A stretch of 49,377 nucleotides of DNA from Candidatus Bathyarchaeota archaeon (GCA_043826455.1 JBDRQD010000073.1:1-49377); one strand, 5' to 3'; numbered from the stretch's first letter, positions 17,630-27,791 are shown. Numbers and translations are program-made. Notes: generated from the sequence alone by a model not told the origin.

Positions 17630-18718
17630 TTGGACGAGTTCAGTAAAGCAGTTCTAGAGGGCTTCGGGGACACTGTTGACCGCATAGTGGCCACCCCCTC
17701 AGGGGCCGTCCCCGTCCTCAGAGGCGGCAGGGACGGGCCCAAACACAACAGGTACATCTGGATGAAGGTGTACGACGAGACTCGGGCAAGGTACGGTAGG
17801 CCTCTCACCCTTCTGGCTGCGGAGAAGCTTGTGGAGCGGGTGAAGCCAGGTGACCACGTCCTCATCATGACCAACAGCCACGAGATGGACGGGCCTCCAG
17901 GCTCAGCCGCCCTGGCGCGGGCTCTCCTGGTGGGTCTCAGGGCTATCCCCGTGGTCATGGCCAACTTCGTCAGGGGAACCAAGTACGAGAGGGCCCTCAC
18001 CCAGAGCCTGACCGGGTGCCAGGTCATCCCTGTGCTGTCCCGGGAGGAGCTAAAGGGCAGCATATGGACGCCCTACACGGCCCTCGTGTACAATTGGCCC
18101 ACTATGACCGTTGACGAGGTCAGGGAGGCGTCGGAGAAGCTTCTCGACGAGTTCAGTCCCAAGGCCGTCATCACCGTGGAGGCGACAAGCTGCAACGAGA
18201 AGGGCATCAGGCACGGCGCCCTGGGCGGCCCCAGCAACAAGGGAGACCCCGGGGAGCGTATCATCAGGTGGAACCAGCTCCTGGACGCGGCAAAGAATCG
18301 AGGAATCCTGACCATCGCAACAGGGGACAACGGCAACGAGTGCGGGTTCCACACCGTCAAGGACATCCTGGTCAAGCACCACAGCTACTGCAGGGACTGC
18401 GGCTGCCCCTGCCGCGGAGGAATAGTCTCGGCTTCAGGCGCAGAGATAGTCATCCCGGCCACCAGCAGCAACTGGGCCGCCTACGGGATAGAGGCGTGCA
18501 TGGCTAGGCTCCTAGGCAACCCCGACGTGATACACGACGAGTACACTCACAACAGGATGCTGGTGAACTGCGCCAACGAGGGCATCCCTGATGGCGCCAC
18601 GGCCATGGCAAGCCCCAGCACCGACGGGTGCAGCCACGAAGCCGACATGGCGCTGATCACACAGATCAGGCAGACGCTCCATATGAGCGTGAAGGAGATA
18701 GTGAGAGAAAGTAGGTAG
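17630..18718 (+). CDS. D-glutamate cyclase (DUF4392) family protein
   Basis: EMDGPPGSAALARAL, TGDNGNECG and TSSNWAAYGI motifs. Confidence 0.8.
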   Translation: MDEFSKAVLEGFGDTVDRIVATPSGAVPVLRGGRDGPKHNRYIWMKVYDETRARYGRPLTLLAAEKLVERVKPGDHVLIMTNSHEMDGPPGSAALARALLVGLRAIPVVMANFVRGTKYERALTQSLTGCQVIPVLSREELKGSIWTPYTALVYNWPTMTVDEVREASEKLLDEFSPKAVITVEATSCNEKGIRHGALGGPSNKGDPGERIIRWNQLLDAAKNRGILTIATGDNGNECGFHTVKDILVKHHSYCRDCGCPCRGGIVSASGAEIVIPATSSNWAAYGIEACMARLLGNPDVIHDEYTHNRMLVNCANEGIPDGATAMASPSTDGCSHEADMALITQIRQTLHMSVKEIVRESR

Positions 18719-18721
18719 GGA

Positions 18722-19792
18722 TTAGTCGCAGGGCTCGGGGTCGCGTTCCAAGCTGCCGACGCAGCAGTGAATGCTCCCGCTGTTCCTGGGCCGGACGAGG
18801 CTGCTGATGCTCACCTCGACGACCTCCACCCCTATGCTCTCGAACCACCTGGTGGCCTTGGGGTACTGGTCGCTGGTGATGATCTTCCTGGGCTCCAGGA
18901 CGACCCCGCAGTCGGGGCCCTTCTTGAAGCCGCGGGTGTCGATGCTCACCAGGTCGTCCGGGGGCACTATGAACTCCCAGCCCATCTCACGCCTCATCCA
19001 CTCTACGAGGTACGGGTCATAGAACCTGGGGTCCGCGACGCTGGTGTGCCTATCAATCATGCTGTAGTGGATGGTGCCTTTCCTTGTGCCGTAGCCGGGC
19101 CCGAACCTGATGTCCACCTCTGGGTCCTGGGCCCGGACGATGTTGGCGTACTGCTGGTGGCCCCACTCGTTGGCCCTGGTGACGCCGGGGTCACCTGTGT
19201 TGCCCCTCGGATAATGAACCTCGATGATCATGTGTTTCTCGTCCAGCCATCCGCAGGGACCACCCTCCACCATGCCGTCACCGATGACCATGCCGACGAC
19301 GGGGCACCCGATCTCTGCCAGGGTCTGGTAGGTGGGCGCCTCCTCCCCCTTCCGGATGCTGTCATACATCCTGAGGATGACCTGACCGTAGACGGCCGCG
19401 TGGCACACGTCGTCCGTGTAGATGCTCTTCACCTGGTACGGCGGATCATTGGGGTCCGGCTTCCTGATGACCACCCTGACGCCCTCAGCCTTGAAGGCGT
19501 CGGCCAGGGTCTCGTGGTGCCTGACCAGCTCATCCAGGTCCGGCTTGTGGGGCATTCTCCAGGCGTTGAGGCTGGACTCGTATGGGGGCCACGGCGTGGG
19601 CTTGCCCACGGTGAGGAACTCCTTGCCGGGGCGGTGGAGGAGCACCGTCCTGAGCTTGCCTATGGTTGTGTTGGCCTTCCACTTGCCCCCCCAGTACTTG
19701 GGCATCTCGTCCTCATATTGACTGAGGACCTGGGGGTGGAGCCTGCTGTACATGTCGTGGAGCTCATCTTCGGCCTTCTTGTAGCCTGACAT
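18722..19792 (-). CDS. Amidinotransferase / arginine deiminase / DDAH superfamily protein
   Basis: GKLRTVLLHRPG, VEGG and C-terminal GSIHC catalytic Cys. Confidence 0.8.
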   Translation of the reverse strand: MSGYKKAEDELHDMYSRLHPQVLSQYEDEMPKYWGGKWKANTTIGKLRTVLLHRPGKEFLTVGKPTPWPPYESSLNAWRMPHKPDLDELVRHHETLADAFKAEGVRVVIRKPDPNDPPYQVKSIYTDDVCHAAVYGQVILRMYDSIRKGEEAPTYQTLAEIGCPVVGMVIGDGMVEGGPCGWLDEKHMIIEVHYPRGNTGDPGVTRANEWGHQQYANIVRAQDPEVDIRFGPGYGTRKGTIHYSMIDRHTSVADPRFYDPYLVEWMRREMGWEFIVPPDDLVSIDTRGFKKGPDCGVVLEPRKIITSDQYPKATRWFESIGVEVVEVSISSLVRPRNSGSIHCCVGSLERDPEPCD

Positions 19793-19833
19793 GGGTTAAA
19801 CCATGCACGGCTACGCTTTAAAACAACTGCTGT

Positions 19834-20022
19834 CTACCTCGCGGCGTACCTGTCCCTGTTTCTATACGGGTTCACGACGATGTAGACGCCTATGAGCGCC
19901 AGCACAGAGAGCAGGACCAGCCACAGGACGTTGTCCAGGTACCCCGAGGCTATGATCGCGAACACAATTATCCCTATGAAGTAGATGGGTAGCTCCCGCC
20001 TGCTCCCGCTCAGGAAACCCAA
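19834..20022 (-). CDS. Small two-TM membrane protein
   Basis: 62 aa hydrophobic ORF. Confidence 0.55.
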   Translation of the reverse strand: MGFLSGSRRELPIYFIGIIVFAIIASGYLDNVLWLVLLSVLALIGVYIVVNPYRNRDRYAAR

Positions 20023-20158
20023 CCTTGCCTCAATAAGGAAATGTTAGCCGTCTATTTAAACTATAAAAACTCACTCTTTTCGCTCCATTTTCACCGCTCC
20101 CCCACCTCCACGGGCCTGCGGCCACCTTAAAAACGGGGCCGGACAGGTTTGACTCGCC

Positions 20159-20935
20159 ATGAGCCCCCACCCCACCCCAGGCCAGAGCCCCGCAGACGCC
20201 TTCCATACCGCCCTCACAGTCATGGAGAGGCGCCGAGAGAAGCAGAGGCTCACCACTGGCAGCCGGTCCCTGGACGAGCTCCTGGGCGGCCTGGAGCCTG
20301 GGGGCTTCTACCTCTTCTACGGGCCCGGCGAGGAGGAGCTGGACGCCCTCCTCCACCGCCTGGTCTTCGAGGCCATCCGGTCCAGCCCCGACCTCGGGGA
20401 GGCCGTGTACGTGCTCTGCGGCAACTACAGGCGGTCCCGCACCATGATGGACCTGGACTACCTGCTGTCCCTCTTCGCGGAGGCCGGCCTGGACGTGGAT
20501 TATGCTCTCTCCCGGATACACATGGTCTACGCCTTCTCCGAGAGGCAGCTCATACAGGTGCCCCGGCTCGTGGAGAGGATAATGGGGGACGCGGAGCCCG
20601 CGCTGGTGGCCGTCCAGCAGCTCACCAAGCTCTTCTACGGCCCCGACGCCGTCAGGTTCGAGGACCCCGCCGAGTTCACCGGCGTCGTCTCGGGCCTCAG
20701 ACAGCTGTGCTACGAGAGGGACACCGTGCTGGCCGCCACTTGCCGCCCCGCGGGCAGAAGCCTGACGCCCCTCCCCGAGGGGGGCGCCTACCTGAAGCAC
20801 GCGGCCACCGCCATGGTCTACCTCCGGCGGATGAGGGGCGATGAGATGTCGGCCCACCTGGTGAAGCACCCAGAGTCGGCCCGCATCGGCAGACGCATCA
20901 GCCTCGACGGGAGGGAGACCCCTTGGGGCGGATAA
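20159..20935 (+). CDS. RadA/RecA-fold protein with degenerate Walker A (PolB2-associated)
   Basis: RLTTGSRSLDELLGGLEPG N-terminal motif and GGAYLKHAATAMVYL; YGPGEEEL replaces GxxxxGKT. Confidence 0.8.
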   Translation: MSPHPTPGQSPADAFHTALTVMERRREKQRLTTGSRSLDELLGGLEPGGFYLFYGPGEEELDALLHRLVFEAIRSSPDLGEAVYVLCGNYRRSRTMMDLDYLLSLFAEAGLDVDYALSRIHMVYAFSERQLIQVPRLVERIMGDAEPALVAVQQLTKLFYGPDAVRFEDPAEFTGVVSGLRQLCYERDTVLAATCRPAGRSLTPLPEGGAYLKHAATAMVYLRRMRGDEMSAHLVKHPESARIGRRISLDGRETPWGG

Positions 20936-21195
20936 TGAACGGCTCCATGAGGACCAGGCTCCAGGAGTCCATGGCGCAACTGGACTCCAAGTACCGGGCC
21001 GCCCTCAAGGACGACGCCATGCAGGCAGCCTTCGAGAGCCTCTGGGACGCCTGGTCCAGGGAGATGGGGGCCATGATCCACTCCGAGGTCCTCTCCACCC
21101 TGGACCTGCTCCTGCTCACGGCCGCCGTGGACAACAGGCGGCAGATCATGGAGCTGAGGCGGCAGCTGGAGGAGCTGAGGCGTGAAGACCGTTGA
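20923..21195 (+). CDS. Small helical PolB2-associated protein
   Basis: MGR...YRAALKD...AFESLW...LLLL..., overlaps both neighbours. Confidence 0.75.
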   Translation: MGRIMNGSMRTRLQESMAQLDSKYRAALKDDAMQAAFESLWDAWSREMGAMIHSEVLSTLDLLLLTAAVDNRRQIMELRRQLEELRREDR

Positions 21196-23239
21196 GGGGT
21201 GGCTCCTCGGGGGCCAGGTCACCGGCTGCAAGGCCGTCCTCTGGGTGAGAGCCGAGAGCGGCCGCGTCAGGCTCATCGACGCGTACAGGCCGGACCTGTA
21301 CCTGGAGCCCAGGGGCGTCGAGGCCGAGCACCTCCAGTACCTGCTGGAGGAGAAGGACGACCTCAGGGACGTCACCCTGGAGCGCAGAGCAGACCTCAGG
21401 GGCACCGTCAAGACGGTTCTCAGGGTCCAGGTGGAGACCGCCGAGAAGTACCGCCGCGTCGTCAACCGGCTGGAGGCCAGCCCCTTCGTGGCAGGCGTCT
21501 ACGACGTGGACATGAGCCACGCCCAGCGCTACCTCTGCAGCCGGCGCCTCATCCCCATGGGCAGGCTCACAGCCGAGGTGGGCCGCCGCGGCCAGGTTAA
21601 GACCATAAGGGCCCAGCCCCTGAACCTGGACCCCAGGCCCCCGCCCCTCAAGGTCCTCCGCTTCGAGATCAGATGGAGCAGCGGCGAGGCCCTCTGCGTC
21701 CTGGAGGACGAGGACCAGCGGGAGACGCCGCCCACACGGACCCCCATCCGCGACCTCCTGTGTTCACTGGACGAGGTAGACCCAGACATCATCGTGTGCA
21801 CCACCCGGGACCTCTCAGACGCCCTCAGGTACTGCAGAGCCAACGGGCTCCCCAGGTTCGGCGCGGTTAAGGACGGCGAGGCCCACCTCTGGAAGGGAAG
21901 AGTACACGTGACCCCCGGCACCTACGAGGCCCTGGGCCTCGCAGGCATAGCCGAACGGGTCCAGTACAACCGGGAGGACCCCCAGGCCTCCGCCGACTGG
22001 GGCTCAGGCCGCGCCATAGAGAGCAGGCAGTGCTACGAGGCCCGCACCCGAGGCATACTCATACCCCGCTCCGGGGACTTCCAGCCCGTCATGACCCTCA
22101 GGGAGATGGCCCGCTTGGACCACGGCGGCCTCATACTGACGCCCGACGTGGGCCTCCACGAGAACGTGGGGGTCCTGGACTTCGAGAGCATGTTCCCCAG
22201 CCTCATGGTGACACGCAACATAAGCTACGAGACCGTAAGGGAGAGGGCGGGCAAGGGCTTCGTGGTGGACTTCACCAGGGAGGCCTTGGACAGGCGCCTC
22301 CACTTCAAGCACATGCGCCGGACGCTGGAGGAGGGCTCACAGGAGTGGACCTGGTGCGAGGGCAGGCAGGAGGCCCTCAAGGCCATCCTCTTCTGCACCT
22401 ACGGTTACAGTGGCTGCTGGGCCAACAGGTTCGGCAACTTCGACACCTTCATGGAGATAAACCGGGTCGCCCGGGAGACCCTGGTGGAGAGCATGAACAT
22501 AGCCCGCCGCCGCGGCTACAGGGCCCTGTACGGCAACAACGACAGCCTCTTCCTCAAGCGCCCCGGCGCAGCCCCCCGGGACTACAGGGAGCTGGCCGAC
22601 GAGATCGCTGCCCAAACCGGCCTATCCATGGCCGTGGACAAGGTTTTCCAGTACTTGGTGCTCCTACCCCAGAAGGGTGAGGAGCGCACCGGAGCCATCA
22701 ACAGGTACTACGGGAGAACCGTGGAGGACCGCTACGTCTACAGGGGAATAGAGCTGAGGCGCAGCAACACGCCGCCCTACGTGGCCGAGGCCCAGAGGCG
22801 AGCCACCGTGGCCCTCCTCGGCCACGGCACGGTGGAGGAGGTGTGCACCGTGGGCGTGGACGAGGCCGTCGCCGTCATAGAGGAGGCGTGCCGCCGCCTC
22901 AGAAGGGGCACTGTGCCCGAGGAGGAGCTGTGGGCCACCACTGTCCTCAGGAGGAGCCCCTCCGAGTACAGGGCCAAGCTGCCCCACGTGGCCGCGGCCG
23001 AGGCCATGGAGATGCAGAGGATGAGGATGGGGGCTAGGACTCCCGTGGGCTTCGTCTACGCGGACGCCGGCCACCCCAACAGGTTCAGGCGGGTCAGGCC
23101 CGCCGGCATCAGGGGGAGGGTGGACACGGAGAAGTACGTGGAGCTGGTCCGGGAGGCGGGCCGCAGCGTCCTCATGCCCTTCGAGGTGGACCTGGAGGAG
23201 CACGGGCCCAGGCCGGTGTCCCTCACAGAGTTCATGTGA
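21182..23239 (+). CDS. polB2: Family B DNA polymerase, PolB2-type
   Basis: Motif A DFESMFPS, motif B RQEALKAILFCTYGY, altered motif C YGNNDSLF, RGIELRR; exonuclease motifs eroded. Confidence 0.9.
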   Translation: MKTVEGWLLGGQVTGCKAVLWVRAESGRVRLIDAYRPDLYLEPRGVEAEHLQYLLEEKDDLRDVTLERRADLRGTVKTVLRVQVETAEKYRRVVNRLEASPFVAGVYDVDMSHAQRYLCSRRLIPMGRLTAEVGRRGQVKTIRAQPLNLDPRPPPLKVLRFEIRWSSGEALCVLEDEDQRETPPTRTPIRDLLCSLDEVDPDIIVCTTRDLSDALRYCRANGLPRFGAVKDGEAHLWKGRVHVTPGTYEALGLAGIAERVQYNREDPQASADWGSGRAIESRQCYEARTRGILIPRSGDFQPVMTLREMARLDHGGLILTPDVGLHENVGVLDFESMFPSLMVTRNISYETVRERAGKGFVVDFTREALDRRLHFKHMRRTLEEGSQEWTWCEGRQEALKAILFCTYGYSGCWANRFGNFDTFMEINRVARETLVESMNIARRRGYRALYGNNDSLFLKRPGAAPRDYRELADEIAAQTGLSMAVDKVFQYLVLLPQKGEERTGAINRYYGRTVEDRYVYRGIELRRSNTPPYVAEAQRRATVALLGHGTVEEVCTVGVDEAVAVIEEACRRLRRGTVPEEELWATTVLRRSPSEYRAKLPHVAAAEAMEMQRMRMGARTPVGFVYADAGHPNRFRRVRPAGIRGRVDTEKYVELVREAGRSVLMPFEVDLEEHGPRPVSLTEFM

Positions 23240-23241
23240 GC

Positions 23242-23505
23242 TTAAAAGCCATGATCTTGGGCCTCCACCTGGGCTGTGTTCAGCGCATGGGCGTCCCCGC
23301 CCTCCATGCCCTCCCGGAGGATCGCTAGGACGAGCCTCCCCGAGTCGGTGAGCCTCACGTCCACAGGGTCCACCGCCGTGCCGTAGTTCAGGAGCTCCAG
23401 CTCCTTCAGCACCTTGGCGTTGAACTTGAGAGTCGAGTAGGGTACCATTTGCTTCTCGGACAGCTCCGCGAGTATCCGGGTTATCCTGTCCTTCTTTTTC
23501 TCCAC
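23242..23505 (-). CDS. Small hypothetical protein (possible winged helix)
   Basis: VRLTDSGR wing-like motif. Confidence 0.5.
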   Translation of the reverse strand: MEKKKDRITRILAELSEKQMVPYSTLKFNAKVLKELELLNYGTAVDPVDVRLTDSGRLVLAILREGMEGGDAHALNTAQVEAQDHGF

Positions 23506-23702
23506 GGCGGAGAGAATCAGAACCTGGTTAAGGTTCAGAGATCTGTTCAGAAGCCTGCTAAGCGATATGATATGGCTTCCGGTTAATCGAATTGGCGGCT
23601 CAAAATCACCACTTCCCTACAACGGGCGCCGCCAGCGTTATTAATGTTTACGGTGAGGCCGGGCCAACAAGTTTCATTAGCCTTGAAGGGCTTATCCCTG
23701 CC

Positions 23703-25160
23703 ATGTCCATAGGGATCAAGGGTAAATGGGTCATCGCATTCGACGGCGAGGAGCACAGGCTTCTAAGGGACGGAGTCGTGGTCACCGAGGGCCAGAGAGT
23801 AAAACACGTGGGTAAGAGTTACACCGGCAAAGTTGATCGGTGGATCGACGCGGGCCACCACGTGGTCATCCCCGGCATGATATGCACCCACCTCCACGCA
23901 TCCAGCGCCCCCAAGGACAAGACCTTCATCGACGACACCGGCGCCCGCCACTTCTACATGAGCAGCCTAGGAGAGAACCTCACCGCACTAGGCAAAAGTA
24001 TCAAGCCCAAGGACTACCACGTCTTCGCCAAGTACAGCATGGCCGAGCTCCTCAGAAGCGGCTGCACCACCATGCTCGAGATAGGCATGGTGGGCACCCT
24101 GGGAGCCGAGGCCACCGTCAAATACGTTGATGATCTGGGCATAAGGGCCGTGGAGGGCTGTAACGTTGAGGACGGCTCCTGGGCCAGGGACCAGGGCGCC
24201 AACCTGTACACAGAGTGGCACGGCCTGGACCATGGCCTGAAGCTGCTGGATGGGGCCGAGAAGTTCGTGAAAAAGTACGACGGGGCACTGGACGGCCGCC
24301 TCATTGGGGCCCTATATCCTAGCACCGTGGACAAGGTGAGTGGGGACCTGCAAAGGGCGGTAAGGGAGAAGGCCGACGAGCTGGGATGCCCTGTTACCAT
24401 CCACGCGGCCCAGTGGGTGGTGGAGTTCCAGAACATGCTCCGGATGCACCGTAGGACCCCCGTAGAGTTCCTCAGCGACACTGGGCTCCTGGGCCCAGAC
24501 CTCATCATAGGCCACGGCTGGGCCATAGCAGGACATCCTTTGGTCGCTTACCCGCAGGTGGGGGGAGGGGACCTGGAGCTCCTAGCCAAGTCGGGGGCCA
24601 CGGTGAGCCACGACCCCCTGGTCTTCGCGAAGAGGGGGAACAAGATGCACAGCCACAGCAGGTACCTCAGGGCGGGTGTGAACGTGAGCATCGGCTGCGA
24701 CACCAGCCCCCAGGACATGCTCAACGAGATGCGGGTGGCCAGCTACATGACCAAGGTGGCCGACTGGGACTGCTTCAGCGGCAGCGCCCGGGAGATATTT
24801 ACCAGCGCCACCCTGGGTGGAGCCCGCGGCCTCCGCAGGGAAGACCTAGGCAGGCTTGCCCCCGGTGCGCTGGCGGACGTCGCCGTGGTGGACATGGAGA
24901 ACCTCAACAACGTGCCCTGCAGGGATCCGGTGAAGGGGCTGGTGAACAACGCCTCAAGGGACGACGTGAAATATGTCATAGTGGACGGGAGGCTGGTGGT
25001 GGAGGACGGCGTCCTCCTTACCATCGACGAGCCCAGGCTCGTTAAGGAGGTTCAGAGGACTGCGGAGGCCATCTGGGTCCGGATACCCGAGAACCACTAC
25101 CTGGGCCAGAGCAGCGACGAGGTGAGCCCCCAGAGCTTCAAGCCCTGGGACCCCAAATAA
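23703..25160 (+). CDS. Amidohydrolase (chlorohydrolase / MTA-SAH deaminase-like)
   Basis: PGMICTHLH, IHAAQ, GHG, GCD and GRLAPGALADV; start at ATG 23703. Confidence 0.9.
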   Translation: MSIGIKGKWVIAFDGEEHRLLRDGVVVTEGQRVKHVGKSYTGKVDRWIDAGHHVVIPGMICTHLHASSAPKDKTFIDDTGARHFYMSSLGENLTALGKSIKPKDYHVFAKYSMAELLRSGCTTMLEIGMVGTLGAEATVKYVDDLGIRAVEGCNVEDGSWARDQGANLYTEWHGLDHGLKLLDGAEKFVKKYDGALDGRLIGALYPSTVDKVSGDLQRAVREKADELGCPVTIHAAQWVVEFQNMLRMHRRTPVEFLSDTGLLGPDLIIGHGWAIAGHPLVAYPQVGGGDLELLAKSGATVSHDPLVFAKRGNKMHSHSRYLRAGVNVSIGCDTSPQDMLNEMRVASYMTKVADWDCFSGSAREIFTSATLGGARGLRREDLGRLAPGALADVAVVDMENLNNVPCRDPVKGLVNNASRDDVKYVIVDGRLVVEDGVLLTIDEPRLVKEVQRTAEAIWVRIPENHYLGQSSDEVSPQSFKPWDPK

Positions 25161-25211
25161 TGGTTACTCAAAGTGGCTCCGAGCCTTAATAAAAAATGGC
25201 GGAGATAAGGC

Positions 25212-25811
25212 CTACGGCCCCGCGTATGCTCTCTTGCCCAGCTCGAATGCCCTCATGTTGAGCTCAATGAACTGGGGCCTGAGGCCAGCCTTGATGGTCT
25301 CCACCATCACATCCTCCCCGTAGGGGAGGACGCCGCTGGCTGTGAGAGCCCCCAGCATCACGATGTTAGTGGTTATAGGGTCGCCGGCCTCCTCCGCGAC
25401 GGCTGTAGCGTCGAAGGCCTTGACGTTGCCCGTCACCTTACCCAGGAGCGCCATCATCTCGCCTATGTCGGGGTAGGGGACCAGCCCGGAGATGACCTCC
25501 ACGGGGGCCGTCACCCGGGTGTTAACCAGCGCCAGACCGCCCTCCTTGAGGTAGGTGACACCCCGGCGCACGGCCTCCGCGGGCTCGAAGCCTATCAGGG
25601 CGTCGGCCTCCCCCTTCCTTATCTGGGGGTTGCTGGCCTCTCCGCCCATCTGGATGTGCCCCATGACGGGGCCGCCCCTCTGGGCCATCCCGTAGGTCTC
25701 ACCTATCTTGACGCTGAGCCCAGCGTTGATGGCCGCCTCGGCCAGGAGCCGGGACGCGAGCAGCGTGCCCTGGCCGCCCACGCCAGCTATCACGATCTTG
25801 AAGGCCTTCAT
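25212..25811 (-). CDS. iorB: Indolepyruvate ferredoxin oxidoreductase beta subunit
   Basis: AGVGGQG, GMAQRGG and NIVMLGA; ATG 25811 overlaps iorA stop (TGATG). Confidence 0.93.
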   Translation of the reverse strand: MKAFKIVIAGVGGQGTLLASRLLAEAAINAGLSVKIGETYGMAQRGGPVMGHIQMGGEASNPQIRKGEADALIGFEPAEAVRRGVTYLKEGGLALVNTRVTAPVEVISGLVPYPDIGEMMALLGKVTGNVKAFDATAVAEEAGDPITTNIVMLGALTASGVLPYGEDVMVETIKAGLRPQFIELNMRAFELGKRAYAGP

Positions 25812-27700
25812 CAGCCGTCCCTCCTGTGGATGGCGTCCACGGGGCAAACCTGGGCGCAGCTGCTGCACCCCATGCACAGGGTGGTGTCGATGCTGGCCCT
25901 GCCCGCGTCCATGTCCCACGTGAGGGCCGAGCACCCGTAGCCGTTCAGGCACATCTTGCATCCTATGCACGCGTCCTGGTCCACGGTGTAGACGGGGGGC
26001 CTGTCCGGCCTCATGTTCCTGACAGCCACCATGGCGCATGTGCGGCGGGCGATGACCATGGCGACGCCCTCGGCCTTTAGCATCCGCTTGAAGGCCTCCT
26101 CGGCCGCGTCCAGGTCGTAGGGGTCTACTACTTCCACGTGTTTGACGCCGCTGGCCCTGGCGATGTCCTCGATCATGATGGGGTCAACCCTGGTGCCGGT
26201 GGCTGTGCGGCCCAACTGGGGGTTGGTCTGGAACCCGGTCATGGCCACTGCCTGGTTGTCGGCCACCACGATCTTAATCGGAGCCCCGTTGTGGACCGCG
26301 TTCTGCAGCGCAGGGATGCCGGCGTGGAAGAAGGTGCCGTCACCTATCCAGGCGATGGTGGCCACCCCGAAGCGCTGCATCCCCTGGCTGACGCCGAGGC
26401 TGGCGCCCATGCAGAAGTAAGTGTCCTCGAAGGCCATGGGTGGGGCGTGGGCCAGTCCGTAGCAGCCTATGTCGCCGTTGACCACCACGTTTCTGAGGTC
26501 GCCTTTCACCTCCTTCACAGCCTGCTTTAGGGCGTAGATGGTGGACCTGTGGGGGCAGCCGGCGCACATGGTGAGCATCCTGTCGAAGAGGAGCTCCTTC
26601 TTCTCCTCTTCCAGCTTAGGCCTCTCAACCTTAGGGACCTTCACTCCGAGTAGCCTGCCGAGTAGGCTGTCCACCAGCTCGTGGCTCAGCTCTCCTTCCC
26701 TGGGCAGGTCTCCGCTCATCCTGCCTACTACCTTTATGGTGGGGTTCACGTCTTTGGCCAGGGCCTTGACCTGGAGCTCCACGAAGGGGTCCACCTCCTC
26801 CGCCACCACCACCGTGTCCACCGCCTTAAGCAGCCTGGAAACCAGTTTGTTTGGCAGCGGCTGGGGCGACGCTAGCTTCAGCCACGCCACCCTGTCCTCG
26901 GCGCCCAGGGCCTCCAATGCGTCCTTGACGTAGGTGAAGCTGAACCCGACGCCGATGACACCGATCTTTTCGCCGCCTTTGATCTTAAGCTGGTTGAAGG
27001 GCAGGTTCTCGAACTCTTCTCGGGTCCTGTCCTCCTTCTCGTTGAGCTCCCGCTCCCTGTAGAAGAGGTTGCTGAACCCTGCGACGCGGTAGCTGAAGCC
27101 CTCCCAGTCGAACTCCACGGGCCTCTTCATCCGGCTTATGGGGCTCAGGGTCACGTCGCTGCGCATGTGGCTCAGCCGGGTGACGGTCCTGAGCATGACG
27201 GGTAGCCGCACCTTCTCGCTGAGGCCGTAGGCGTACTTGACGAGCTCCTTGGCCTCCTCGGGGCTGGACGGCTCTAGGACGGGCAGGTTGTTCTGCTTGG
27301 CCAGCCACCTGTTGTCCTGCTCCTGGCCGCTGCTGTGCTGGGACGGGTCGTCCGAGGAGACGAAGACGAGGCCTGCGTTGACTCCTCTGAGGCTCATGAG
27401 GTTCAATATGTCCAGGGCCACGTTGAGGCCCACGTGCTTCATGCTCACCATGGAGCGCTGGCCCACCATGGAGGCCCCGTAGGCCACCTCCATGGCCACT
27501 TTCTCGTTGGCGCTCCACTCGAAGTGGATGCCCAGCTCCTTGGCGATTCTTGCGAAGGTGTCGCCTATCTCCGATGATGGTGTCCCGGGGTACCCGGAGG
27601 CCAGGGTCACGCCGGCCTCGATGGCGCCGCGGACGATAGCCTCGTTGCCCATGAGGAGAACCCGCTCGCCGGGCCTGTCTAGGGCTACTGGATGAGACAT
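25811..27700 (-). CDS. iorA: Indolepyruvate ferredoxin oxidoreductase alpha subunit
   Basis: MGNEAIVRG, GYPGTPSSE, MKHVGLNVA, CAGCPH, GDGTFFH and two C-terminal 4Fe-4S motifs. Confidence 0.95.
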   Translation of the reverse strand: MSHPVALDRPGERVLLMGNEAIVRGAIEAGVTLASGYPGTPSSEIGDTFARIAKELGIHFEWSANEKVAMEVAYGASMVGQRSMVSMKHVGLNVALDILNLMSLRGVNAGLVFVSSDDPSQHSSGQEQDNRWLAKQNNLPVLEPSSPEEAKELVKYAYGLSEKVRLPVMLRTVTRLSHMRSDVTLSPISRMKRPVEFDWEGFSYRVAGFSNLFYRERELNEKEDRTREEFENLPFNQLKIKGGEKIGVIGVGFSFTYVKDALEALGAEDRVAWLKLASPQPLPNKLVSRLLKAVDTVVVAEEVDPFVELQVKALAKDVNPTIKVVGRMSGDLPREGELSHELVDSLLGRLLGVKVPKVERPKLEEEKKELLFDRMLTMCAGCPHRSTIYALKQAVKEVKGDLRNVVVNGDIGCYGLAHAPPMAFEDTYFCMGASLGVSQGMQRFGVATIAWIGDGTFFHAGIPALQNAVHNGAPIKIVVADNQAVAMTGFQTNPQLGRTATGTRVDPIMIEDIARASGVKHVEVVDPYDLDAAEEAFKRMLKAEGVAMVIARRTCAMVAVRNMRPDRPPVYTVDQDACIGCKMCLNGYGCSALTWDMDAGRASIDTTLCMGCSSCAQVCPVDAIHRRDG

Positions 27701-27791
27701 AGTGAATCGTAGAAAGGAGCCTAGTTATATTAAATCTACCACCCGGTTGGACGATTTAAATTCAGCCATATACATGAGTCAGTGAACAGTC

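Noticed and set aside
18767..19789. 340-aa + strand ORF
   Set aside because: Antisense shadow of the amidinotransferase gene
21182..23239. PolB as marker of a casposon, provirus or plasmid
   Set aside because: No cas1, integrase, capsid gene or terminal repeats; gene context matches the cellular PolB2 cassette
23520..23635. Several short hairpins (GAAGCC/GGCTTC, TGGCGGC/GCCGCCA) between divergent genes
   Set aside because: Stems of 6-7 bp with no box motifs; compatible with chance or promoter-region structure
25812..26039. N-terminal extension of iorB in the ORF track
   Set aside because: Overlaps iorA in another frame; the real start is ATG 25811 (TGATG coupling)
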